Of a DNA stretch of 64,000 nucleotides, positions 10,361 to 21,585 are shown piece by piece. Under the pieces are notes generated by a model. The model was given only the letters and a program-made list of their open reading frames with translations, had not been told where the DNA came from and ran no database searches. This stretch comes from Terriglobia bacterium (GTDB lineage Bacteria > Acidobacteriota > Terriglobia > 20CM-2-55-15): contig CBDCLE010000024.1 in NCBI GenBank assembly GCA_965218585.1, forward strand, positions 64,001 through 128,000, written 5' to 3'. The position numbers and the translations under genes were made by a program. The first letter of the stretch is position 1. The number at the start of each line of letters is the position of its first letter.

Positions 10361-12097
10361 CCCGCATATTTCACCGATAGGACCAGAAAAGGCCGCCCTG
10401 TCTGGCATAAAGCGTTTTGAAATAAACGCTTAACAAGCCAAACGGAGACGGCCCTTATGAGAACAGAGTGTAACCAAACGACGTTCGAATTTCACGGACT
10501 TCTTCAACGAAAAGTGAAGGCGCGTTTTGACGGCGGAAAGATCACCTCCGACGCTGGGGTTCTGCTGTTGAGGGAAGTGGAAAAGCGAACGGGTCTGATC
10601 GCCGGACTGGCCGAGTGTTTCAGGGATTACCGGGACGCGAGGTTGATCGAACACACGGTGAGCGAGTTATTGGGGCAGCGCGTCTACGGACTCTGTCTGG
10701 GCTACGAGGATCTGAACGATCATGACCAACTGCGGACCGATCCGATGCTGGCCGTGGCGGTGGATAAGGCCGATCCACTGGGGGAGAAGCGGCGGCAGGC
10801 CCGAGACCGGGGAAAAGCGTTGGCGGGCAAGTGTACGCTGAACCGGTTGGAACTGACCGGGGAGCAAGTCGATGGGAAGGAACGGTACAAGAAGATTGCC
10901 ATGGACCCGGACAAGATCGACCGCTGGATGGTGGATGCATTTGTGGCGGCTCACGGATCGGCGCCCGAGGAGATTGTTCTGGACCTGGATGCGACCGATG
11001 ATCCGATCCATGGCCATCAGGAAGGACGGTTCTTTCACGGCTACTACGGCAACTACTGTTATCTGCCGCTCTACATCTTTTCGGGAGAGCATCTGCTATG
11101 CGCCCGGTTGCGGTGCTCCAATGTCGACGGTGCGGACGGCGCCGTCGAGGAATTGAACCGCATCATCGGCCAGATCCGGCAGAGCTGGCCGGAGGTGTCG
11201 ATTATCATCCGGGCCGACTCGGGCTTTTGCCGGGATGAATTGCTGAGTTGGTGCGAGGCCCACCAGGTCGATTACGTGGTGGGTCTGGCCAAGAACGATC
11301 GGCTCAAGCGCGAGATCGCTGAATCGATGAGTCAGGCCGAAGCCGAGTTTAACGACACCGGGAAACCGGCGCGGGTGTTTAACGATTTCCGGTATCGCAC
11401 TCGGAAGAGCTGGACCTGCACCCGACGCGTCATCGGCAAGGCCGAGTTCCTGGAGAAAGGCGCCAATCCTCGATTCGTTGTGACCTCACTGTCGCCGGAA
11501 CGCCTGGACGCCCGCGCCCTCTATGAAGACTTTTACTGTGCGCGGGGCGACATGGAAAATCGCATCAAGGAACAGCAGTTGGATCTATTCGCCGACCGGA
11601 CCAGCGCGGCAACCATGCGCGCCAATCAACTCCGGCTCTATCTGTCCTCGGCCGCCTACATGCTCCTGCACGCGTTACGCCGTCTGGGACTGAAGAATAC
11701 CGATCTGGCCCGCGCTCAGTGCCAGACGATCCGCTTGAAGCTCCTCAAGATCGGAGCTCAAGTCCGTCTGACGGTTCGCAACATCTGGATCTCCATGTCG
11801 GAAGCCTATCCCTACGCCGAGGTCTTTGCCCTCGTCCATCGAAACCTGCAGGCGCTTCCTCTGCGCTGCTGAGAACCGACCCGATCCCCTGCGCCAAAAT
11901 CGACTCGCTCTTTTCGGCTCCGCCGAGGTTTGTCTCAGTGCGTTTCGTCACCCTCTTCTGAACCCGAAAACGCAGCAACTCCCGCTTGTCGACACCGCCG
12001 AGTCACGCCACACATGCCCAATTCGAACCCAGATCCTCCCGAATCCGATTCTTACTGCCCAAATCCCCCTGATCGCCGGACTGGTGAAACATGCGGG
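10361..12097 (+). mobile_element. IS1380-family element, complete copy 1 (1737 bp)
   Basis: IRs CCCGCATATTTCACC / GGTGAAACATGCGGG. CTAG duplicated at 10357-10360 and 12098-12101. Confidence 0.93.
10457..11872 (+). CDS. IS1380-family DDE transposase
   Basis: FDGGKITSDAG, GYEDLNDHD, LDLDATDD, RADSGF, YCARGDMENRIKE. Confidence 0.95.
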   Translation: MRTECNQTTFEFHGLLQRKVKARFDGGKITSDAGVLLLREVEKRTGLIAGLAECFRDYRDARLIEHTVSELLGQRVYGLCLGYEDLNDHDQLRTDPMLAVAVDKADPLGEKRRQARDRGKALAGKCTLNRLELTGEQVDGKERYKKIAMDPDKIDRWMVDAFVAAHGSAPEEIVLDLDATDDPIHGHQEGRFFHGYYGNYCYLPLYIFSGEHLLCARLRCSNVDGADGAVEELNRIIGQIRQSWPEVSIIIRADSGFCRDELLSWCEAHQVDYVVGLAKNDRLKREIAESMSQAEAEFNDTGKPARVFNDFRYRTRKSWTCTRRVIGKAEFLEKGANPRFVVTSLSPERLDARALYEDFYCARGDMENRIKEQQLDLFADRTSAATMRANQLRLYLSSAAYMLLHALRRLGLKNTDLARAQCQTIRLKLLKIGAQVRLTVRNIWISMSEAYPYAEVFALVHRNLQALPLRC

Positions 12098-14701
12098 CTA
12101 GGTAAGAAGCGGGTCGGCGATGATCTCTACCAGCGAGGGAGTGTTGCTGGCAAGTGCTTCATCCAGGGCTGAACGAAGCTCGGCAGCGTTCTCGACCCGG
12201 AAGCCGGCGCCTCCACAAAGCACCGCGTAGTCGGCAAAGTTCACGTTGTGCAGGCCCGTTTGCCACACCTCCCATTCGCCGTCTCTTTGTTCCTTGGAGA
12301 TTTTTCCCAGTTCGGAATTGTTCAGCAGAACGTGCGTAATGTTCATGCCGTACTTTACAGCGGTCATGAATTCGCCCATGTACTGTCCAAACCCTCCGTC
12401 TCCACTGACGGAAACGACTTTGCGGTCGGGGGCCGCAGTCCAGGCGCCCATGGCGGCAGGAAAGCCGAACCCGATCGAACCCAGGTAACCCGACATCAGG
12501 ACCGACTGCTGTTTGCATTCGAAATAACGGCCGAATGAATAGGTGTTGTTGCCGACATCGACGCTCAAGATAGCGTCCTCAGGAACTGCCTCGCTGAGCT
12601 GGGAGAAAATCACTGCCGAATTGATGCCCTCTCCGTTGTCTTTCCCCGCCCGGGCATGTTTTTCTTCCCTCCAGAGCTGCCATCGTTCGGCGAGTTCGTC
12701 ACGTTGGATAGACTCGGTCCTCGATTCTCCGAGCCGGTCGAGAAGAAGATGTGCCGTTGTGCCGATGTCGCCCCATACAGGTTCGTCCACACTGTGGAAT
12801 TTACCCAGAGCCATCCGGTCGAAATCCACCTGGATGATGGGTTTGTTCGTCGCGATGCCTGTGTGTGCCGCAAACGATGCGCCAAAAGTGATGAGTAGAT
12901 CTGCCTCGTTCATGAACCAACTGGCAACAGGGGTTCCGCTACGTCCCAAGACGTCGGCACCGAGCGGGTGCGAATCGCTGATCAGTCCCTTTGCTTTGAA
13001 CGTGGTCAGAACCGGACAAGCGAGAGCTTCGGCCAGTGCTACGACGTCGGAGATGCCACTGGAGGCGCCATGCCCGACGATGATGACTGGACGTTTGGCG
13101 CGCCAGATCCGATATAGCGCGTAATCAATTGCCTGCGGTGGTGGGGTGATGTCGACACCGCTGACGCGTCCTTCCCTGGGCGCCGGACCCTGGGCCCCTG
13201 CATCGAGTGTCTGGACTTCGTCGGGAAATATAAGGTGGGCGACGTCGCGTTCGACGATAGCGGTTTTTAGTGCAAGCGCTGCCAGTTCGGCATGATTGCT
13301 TCCGGGAAGGATGGTCTGGCTGAAGCGGGCGACGGCTTCAAATGCGGAGGCCAGGTCGATTTCCTGAAACGCACCCGGCCCCATCACCTAGGTGTTGATC
13401 TGTCCCGTTAAAGCAATCACCGGAGCGCGGTCGACCTTGGCATCCCAAAGACCCGTCAGCAGGTTGGTCGCTCCCGGGCCGGCGATAGCCAGGCATGCCG
13501 CGGGTCTTCCCGAAACCTTGGCGTATCCCGAGCATGCGAATGCGGCCGCACCCTCGTGCCGGACACCGATGTAGCGCATCTTTCCGTGGCCTTCCTGAAT
13601 TCGTATGGCTTCAGCGAGTCCGAGGTTTGAATGGCCTACCATTCCAAAGACCGTGTCCACGCCCCATTCCACCAGGGTTTCTGCAATCACATGGCTGACG
13701 GTCCATGCCGAGCGAGTCGGCTTTCCCGCTTTGACCTCGACCTCGCCCTCGGTTTCGCGGGCGTCGAGCACTTCGACTTCATATTCGTTGCCGACTCCTT
13801 TGCCGGTCGTGAGAGAGAAATCGTAACCGTGCCAGGGACACCGGACGGCTCCGTCACATAGGAGGCCTTCACCGAGCGGTCCTCCCTGGTGCGGGCAGAG
13901 CCCGTCCACTGCATGCCATTCCCCGGTCTTCACCAGTGCTACTGATTTTTCATTGACCGACACGGCATGAACCTGCTCAGGGTCGAAATCAGCCGCCTTA
14001 CCGACTCCGACCCAGCCTTCTTCTTGTTCGCCTCCGGATCGGCTGGCTTCCGATATCGTCAGTCCCTCGTCATCCTTGAATCCGCTATACCAATGGCTGC
14101 CGTCACAGAAAGGCTTGTTCCGCGACGCGCCGCAGCGGCACAAGGCGTAGTGCTCTTCGGTTGCCCCCTCGCCGAGAGCTGCGCCCTCTAGCCGGACCCC
14201 GCCCCGCACGTGGTACGGCCCGTTGCGTACAACCTGGACCTCTGGCGTGTCCGAATAGGAGAGATGAACGTCGCCATCCTGTTCGTAACCAAGCGCCCCC
14301 GAGGGGCATTTCCGGATGATTCGGATCGCTTCTTCAGGAGAGGCTCCGTCGGGGTCGATCCAGGGCTCGACGCCGGTGCGCCAGACCTTGGGCAACTCGT
14401 CGCTGCAGTACGCAGCGTGCGAACAGACCCCGCGGTTGTCGCGGATGCGTATTCCCTTTCCTTCGTAGATCTCCAGCTTGTCTGGAACCCGTTCGCCCGA
14501 TACCTCGTCACGCCAGCCAGTTGTCAGGTGTGTCCGGTCGCAGTAAGGCTTCTTCCCAGAGTCGCCGCAGCGGCACAGGGAGAGCACCTTGCGCGGCGCG
14601 ATGGGTTCTCTTCTCGAATTCAGGAAACGGTCGAGGCCGTGGATCAGCAGGGATCCATCCTTTTCAAAATCGATGAATGGCTTGGATGGGTTGTCGCTCA
14701 A
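12098..14701 (-). pseudogene. CDGSH-ferredoxin-CDGSH-Rieske-TPP enzyme (pyruvate oxidase-like) fusion, interrupted by an in-frame TAG at 13388-13390
   Basis: ORFs 13388-14701 and 12098-13387 are contiguous in frame (GQINT*VMGPGAFQE). Motifs: CRCGDSGKKPYCDRTH, CSHAAYC..CPSGAL, CRCGASRNKPFCDGSH, CPHQ..CPWHG, RHEGAAAF, GPGATN, GDGGF..NN. Confidence 0.85.
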
Positions 14702-14950
14702 GGTTCTCCTCTTAACCCTGATCTGTGGAAATGGTGGCAGCTATTGTAGCAGCTGGAAGGCTTGAATTCGGCAGCGTGGACTGCGGTTCCTAACTGGGGC
14801 GTGTGCGCCGAATCTTGTCTTTTAGGGGGGACTCGCTTCCTCCGCCAACTGCTGGAATCTTCAGAATTCTCAAAGTGTCACGTTCGCTGGTGTCTATTCG
14901 ATAGGCGGAGGTCTCCTAAGGAGTAGCAGGCCTGCCGGGGAACGGGGGGC

Positions 14951-16216
14951 TTACCTCAAATACGGAATCGTCTGTGGGCCCTGCGGCAAGACACACAGCG
15001 TAGGCTTCGGTCCAGCCTTGGCCAGGGCTGTCCGTGTGGCTTGACCGACGTCGGCGATGGGTTCGAAGTGGGCCGACCGGATCTTAGCGTCCGAGAGGGC
15101 ATCGGATTTGACCATCACGTTTGCCTTGAGCTGGATCTGTGCCTGGACCTGCACCTGCCATTGGTCCGGTCTGCGATATCCGGGTGCGGTAATCTTGTCG
15201 AGCATGTCCTCGGGAGAATTGCAGGACGCGAGGATCTCTCCATATGCACCGTGGTCGGGAACGCCGTCCCGGCACTCAGCCGCACAGATAATAGTTCCAC
15301 CCTGCCTTACAATTTTTGCCGCAGCAGACATTCCTTTGACTGATTGGTAGAGGTTTTGATCGAGGGGATAGCCGGAGTTTGTCGTCACGACGACGTCGAA
15401 CGGAGCATCGACTGCCTGCATCGCATTCGTTTGGGCATGGAGACACGCCGCTGCGTGTTCGGCGAATAGTTCTCCGGCAAAAGCTGCGGTGATTTCCTGT
15501 CGGCGATTAAGCGTGACGTCCACGGCGAAATCCACGCCCGTCATCCGTGAGATTTCCCGCACGTCGTCGTGAATCGGATTACCCTCGGTAACGCCCCAGG
15601 TAGCCCGTGGATCCCCAATCCTGCGGGAATCGTGCAGGTGCATTACCGTATCGAGGCCGGCCAATCCCGGCGCCACCATCTTGGGGCCTCCGCTGAATCC
15701 TGCAAAGAAATGCGGTTCGACGAAACCTGTCGTGATCTTGAAGTCCGACCGGGCCCATTCCCTGTTCAATAAAATCGGAACGCCCGTGGCGGTTTCTCCA
15801 ACCCAGGTCAGGGATGAGTCGTCCCGTGCATCGTGGCAGACGATGCGATAGTTCGTCGCGATGTCATCTCCCAGCATTTCCTGGAGCTCATCGGGAGTAT
15901 TGGCGCGATGGGTTCCGGTTGCGATGAACAGCGTAATGTCTGAAGGTCTCACATCCGGCATTTCCGAAAACAGGGCTTCCAGCATCAATTGCCGGGGCTG
16001 TGCCCGCGTGATGTCACAAACAGAAATGCCGATCCTCTGTCCGGAACGGATCAGGTCAGAAAGAGGGCGGCTTGACGTGGGTGTCCGAAAGACATCTCTC
16101 AACATGTCCCTGGGGTTGTCGGCCCCTGGCTGGTCTTTCGGTTCGATGACGGTGGTTTGTGCGTCGGGTAAGTCGACCTCCAGCCCTGTTGTGCCGTAGT
16201 CCAGGTTGACTATCAA
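14951..16216 (-). CDS. larA: LarA-family nickel-pincer racemase/epimerase
   Basis: DITR, ATGTHR, HD, TGFVEPHFFAGFSGGPK, GYPLDQNLYQSVKG. Confidence 0.9.
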   Translation of the reverse strand: MIVNLDYGTTGLEVDLPDAQTTVIEPKDQPGADNPRDMLRDVFRTPTSSRPLSDLIRSGQRIGISVCDITRAQPRQLMLEALFSEMPDVRPSDITLFIATGTHRANTPDELQEMLGDDIATNYRIVCHDARDDSSLTWVGETATGVPILLNREWARSDFKITTGFVEPHFFAGFSGGPKMVAPGLAGLDTVMHLHDSRRIGDPRATWGVTEGNPIHDDVREISRMTGVDFAVDVTLNRRQEITAAFAGELFAEHAAACLHAQTNAMQAVDAPFDVVVTTNSGYPLDQNLYQSVKGMSAAAKIVRQGGTIICAAECRDGVPDHGAYGEILASCNSPEDMLDKITAPGYRRPDQWQVQVQAQIQLKANVMVKSDALSDAKIRSAHFEPIADVGQATRTALAKAGPKPTLCVLPQGPQTIPYLR

Positions 16217-16308
16217 GCTCCAGTCTCCAAATACGGGGAGAGACTACTCAATCCCTGTTCCCTCGGGATGTTGGAGTTCGGGGATTCGGCAGTCTGTCCC
16301 CACGATTC

Positions 16309-17763
16309 CTAAATGAGGCCAACGAGAGGGGCGATGATCATCATGGCTGCCGTCATCACGATGACCCAGACGAAGCTGATGATGGCGCCAGGGATGAACA
16401 TGTCCATCATCTTGTAGTAACCCTTGCTGAAAGTAATCAACGGCACGGCATCCAGCGGCAAGAGGAACGCGCAGGAAGTCGTGAATGCGATCGGAAGCGC
16501 GTAGAGAACAGGATTCGTCCCGGCGGCCTCTGCGAGGAGCATGATGGGAGGAATCATGACGGCGACGATGACCGGGTTGATCGGCAGCATGAGGTGAATC
16601 ACGACCGTGAAAGCGCTGATCAGAATCAGAATCAAGAGTGTGTTCACGTCAGCCAGACCGCCGAGAAGTGAGTCAACTAGCCATCGCGCCAAACCCGAGC
16701 TGGACGATGCCGCCCCCAGTGTCGTCACGCCGCCTAGCATGATGAGGATGTCCCAGCCCACTGCGTTCTGAGCCTCCTGCCAGGAAAAGAGTCGGATTCC
16801 GGGTAAGAACATTGCGCATCCGCCGCACATCGCGACCAGCGTGACGTCAAGAGCCGGCACCCACGTGCTCAGAATCCATAGCACCATCAGGGTTCCAACG
16901 ATAACGATGACCTTCCATTCGGCCGAACTGATCGGTCCGAGCCCTCGACGCTCTTCCTCAATTTCTTCCGCCGTGCCGATCGACTCGATCTCGGGCGGAA
17001 ATGCCTTTCCCAGGATATAGGCCGCGATCGGAAGTAGTACGATCACCATCGGAATCCCGATCGCCATCCATGAAAGAAAAGGTATCCGGGGGCCGCCGTT
17101 TTGCTCGATCACGACGATACCGAGAATATTGATTGCACTCCCGGCCGGAGTGCCGATGCCCCCAATCAGCGCGCCGATGGGTATTCCCACCATGATCGAT
17201 TTAGCAAACTGTGATCCCGGTTTCAGACCCAACTTCGCGAAGATGCCGAGCGCGATAGCCATGAACACGGCCGTGCTCGGCACGTCCGACATCGTCAAAG
17301 AAATCATCCCGCTGCCGAAGATGAATACGTAAAGCACCCGTTTCGAATCCGTACCTGCTTTGGAAATCATCCAGAGCGCAAACCTGCGTGCGAGTCCTGT
17401 CTTGAGCCAGGCCAGAGAGATCAAAAACATCACCAGGACGAAGAAGAAGACAGGACTGATGAAATTGCCGAAGGCCATGCCAAGCGTGCTGAGTCCGAAG
17501 ATGGGTTGGAAAATCAGCGCGATCAGCGCTGTTGTTGCAATCGGCAACGCTTCGGTCGCCCACAAGACGAGTATTCCGACCAACAGGGCTCCCAGCCTCT
17601 GACCCTCAGCGGACAGACCCTCGGGGGTGGGCAGGCTCAACACGACTGCTGTTGCCACGATCGCCCCTGCGATTCCCCATATTGCTGAATTGCCGTTCGA
17701 AATGTCGGGAGTCCGCCCCATCCTTCGCTCCTTTGTTGTCCTTGAGAAGCGGTACTCTACCAT
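16309..17763 (-). CDS. DASS/SLC13 sodium:dicarboxylate/anion symporter
   Basis: Multi-TM protein with LWATEALP, KTGLARRFA, IGGIGTPAGS, SCAFLLP. Confidence 0.88.
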   Translation of the reverse strand: MVEYRFSRTTKERRMGRTPDISNGNSAIWGIAGAIVATAVVLSLPTPEGLSAEGQRLGALLVGILVLWATEALPIATTALIALIFQPIFGLSTLGMAFGNFISPVFFFVLVMFLISLAWLKTGLARRFALWMISKAGTDSKRVLYVFIFGSGMISLTMSDVPSTAVFMAIALGIFAKLGLKPGSQFAKSIMVGIPIGALIGGIGTPAGSAINILGIVVIEQNGGPRIPFLSWMAIGIPMVIVLLPIAAYILGKAFPPEIESIGTAEEIEEERRGLGPISSAEWKVIVIVGTLMVLWILSTWVPALDVTLVAMCGGCAMFLPGIRLFSWQEAQNAVGWDILIMLGGVTTLGAASSSSGLARWLVDSLLGGLADVNTLLILILISAFTVVIHLMLPINPVIVAVMIPPIMLLAEAAGTNPVLYALPIAFTTSCAFLLPLDAVPLITFSKGYYKMMDMFIPGAIISFVWVIVMTAAMMIIAPLVGLI

Positions 17764-17866
17764 GTCTGGACAGCCATAGCATCAACTCGAGGCACGCGGC
17801 GAGCATCCCATTTCCAGGAACTCTGGGCCCCGGGGTTACGAAACAGATTGAACAGCGCGGTGAGGT

Positions 17867-18256
17867 TTATTCTTCGTCCAGGATGGCCATGATTTCACAC
17901 TGAACGAGATAATTTTGCGGAAGATCCTGATTCTGAAACGTATGGCGGGCGGGTTGCGATTCCGGATCCGGAAACATTGCAATCCATTCTTCGTTGAGGT
18001 GGGTCTTGTCTTCGCCTCTGAGCCATACCGAGAGCTTGAGGATGTCATCGATCGATCCGCCGGCCGCTTCCATGATGCGAGGGATGTTTCGAAACATTAG
18101 CGCGCACTGGCTCTTGAGATCGTCCCCTGTCTGACCGGTCTGTGGATCTTTTCCGGGGATGGCCCCGGTCACGAGCAGGGAACCGATTCGCGTCACAAGC
18201 GGAATCGGGTTCATGTGTTCGAGACCCTCTACTTTGATAACAGTTCTTCTGTTCAT
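17867..18256 (-). CDS. RidA/YjgF/UK114 family protein
   Basis: AAGGSIDDILKL, LNEEW..FPDPESQPARHT, VQCEIMA. Start at ATG 18256 chosen over 18280. Confidence 0.85.
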   Translation of the reverse strand: MNRRTVIKVEGLEHMNPIPLVTRIGSLLVTGAIPGKDPQTGQTGDDLKSQCALMFRNIPRIMEAAGGSIDDILKLSVWLRGEDKTHLNEEWIAMFPDPESQPARHTFQNQDLPQNYLVQCEIMAILDEE

Positions 18257-18339
18257 GGCAGCCGAGGGGGCACCGCACACCCGTTCATGAAGTGGTAGTC
18301 CCGCTCTTGAATTCGCGGATCAGAGCCTCCTGGGAGCGC

Positions 18340-18426
18340 ACCCCGAGTTTCGATGTTCAGGTCTGTGGAAACACGGATGATCGCGTCCGGAGACTCGTCG
18401 ACGATCTGGGCCAGTTGTTCGGCCAT
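18340..18426 (-). pseudogene. Short PAS-domain-like remnant
   Basis: MAEQLAQIVDESPDAIIRVSTDLNIET resembles a PAS N-terminus, then the similarity is lost. Confidence 0.35.
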
Positions 18427-18670
18427 TGTCTTGTTATTGCTCGTCACAGTTGTTCGGTACGGACTCGACTCAAATGAACGAAAGGAGGTACCCCTTGCGA
18501 ATGGAAAGGCGCATTGTAGCCCGATGAGTTCCGACATCCAAGTTTCTGGTCGTCGGGCAGAGGCTATCGGATGGACATGTCATTTCGCAAATGGAAGATA
18601 GTCCGGGGAAAGAGATACCAGGTGAAGAGTAGATCCCGCTGACTGATACACTTGCCCGAGGGGCAATCGC

Positions 18671-20071
18671 ATGATGTGGCATCGTTCAACGGTAGGCGTC
18701 GGCCTTCTCCTGTTCTGGCTGGGCCTGGCGACTTCACCAGTCGCAGCGCAGGTAGGCGTTGCCGATCCCGAAGTCCTCGATGCATGCGATTCCCTAGCTG
18801 CAGTCCTGGAGTCGGAGGGTGGATTCGGCAACCTCGTCAACCCGGTCCTGACAAACCCGGCCCAGATCGAGTCGACGGTAGAAGGCTATAGAGAAATGTT
18901 GTCCTGCCTTGACTCCGTTCCCATAGCGACCACATCAGTGGATTGGTCGCGGAACCTGAGGTATCACCTTCGTCTATTTCTTTCGTTCGCCGAGCCCGGC
19001 GGAATCAGTGCCCAAAACTCCCGTCTCGAATTGGTGGATCTGGAGACGAGCCAGGATACTGCCGTGCGTCGACTTATAGAAGAGGTTGGCCTCGCACCGC
19101 CGGAAGGTCTCGTTCTTGTTCGGTATTTCCGAAGCAGGGAGCAGATGCCGGAAAACATCCGGAGAGCCTTTGAAAACCCCCAGACACAAGCAGTGACGAT
19201 GTCCTCCCGTTACGTTGCCGTTTTGACCTCGTCGGGAGGTTTCATCGAGGGCCGGATTGGAAATGATGCTTTGGCGGCGACGTTTTCCCACGAACTCGTC
19301 CACGCCTTTTTGAGCGCGCGCCTGAATCCGGAGCTTTCGCCGGTAGGGTTTCCCCGATGGTTTCACGAAGCAATGGCGATCCACTACAGTGACGGCGGGC
19401 GGGCGCACACCAGCATCGATCCTGTAACAGGGGGCCTGCTGACTACCGAGCCCACCGTCCAGTATGAGCAATACGAAAGAGTGTTTCGTTATCTGGAGTC
19501 CGAACTGGGCTCTGACCGGTTTAGCAGAGAAGTGCGACGCTCGGTGGAGGACGTTGATCCATCCGTTCTATATGCTGCGCTCGAGCTCGCTTCCTACGAA
19601 GAGCTCGTGATAGATGCAGAGCTGTGGTGGCGATGGTGGCCGGTGCCACTTGTGTTCGTCCGCGGTCCCAACGCCTGGTTGTACGGCGGACTGATGGTCG
19701 CTTTGGCCATCGGTGCTTTCGCCGCCTGGCGTCGATGGCAACCCGCCGTTCCCGGATCTGCGTTAGAGGTCGGTGTCGACAGCGATCTGATTGAGTCCGT
19801 AAAACTGGGCGACGTTCAGGGTATGGGTTATATGCTTCGATCGGGTGCAAATCCTGAGGCCTCCGACGAGGCGGGTTGGTCTGCTCTGGCTTGGGCTGTT
19901 TGGGTCAATAATGCCAAGGCTGTTGAGTTGCTGCTGAACAGCGGGGCAGAGGTAACCCATGAGGTTCGCACTCTCGTTGAATCGCGTGATTGTTCTCCAG
20001 AAATCGTCAGCGCAATCGCCGATGCTCTGACGCGGGAGGATGAGGACTCCGTTGAAATGGATCGAGGCTGA
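18671..20071 (+). CDS. Exported gluzincin-like metallopeptidase domain + TM helix + C-terminal ankyrin repeats
   Basis: Signal peptide; HELVH and PRWFHEAMA; TM WLYGGLMVALAIGAFAAW; GANPE..DEAGWSALAWA..AVELLLNSGAEV. Confidence 0.7.
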   Translation: MMWHRSTVGVGLLLFWLGLATSPVAAQVGVADPEVLDACDSLAAVLESEGGFGNLVNPVLTNPAQIESTVEGYREMLSCLDSVPIATTSVDWSRNLRYHLRLFLSFAEPGGISAQNSRLELVDLETSQDTAVRRLIEEVGLAPPEGLVLVRYFRSREQMPENIRRAFENPQTQAVTMSSRYVAVLTSSGGFIEGRIGNDALAATFSHELVHAFLSARLNPELSPVGFPRWFHEAMAIHYSDGGRAHTSIDPVTGGLLTTEPTVQYEQYERVFRYLESELGSDRFSREVRRSVEDVDPSVLYAALELASYEELVIDAELWWRWWPVPLVFVRGPNAWLYGGLMVALAIGAFAAWRRWQPAVPGSALEVGVDSDLIESVKLGDVQGMGYMLRSGANPEASDEAGWSALAWAVWVNNAKAVELLLNSGAEVTHEVRTLVESRDCSPEIVSAIADALTREDEDSVEMDRG

Positions 20072-20088
20072 ATGAGCTTCGAATATAG

Positions 20089-21540
<1,452 letters not shown>

Positions 21541-21585
21541 AACTCTTGAGGAACCAACCTGCCAACAGACCAACCAGGAGGACGT

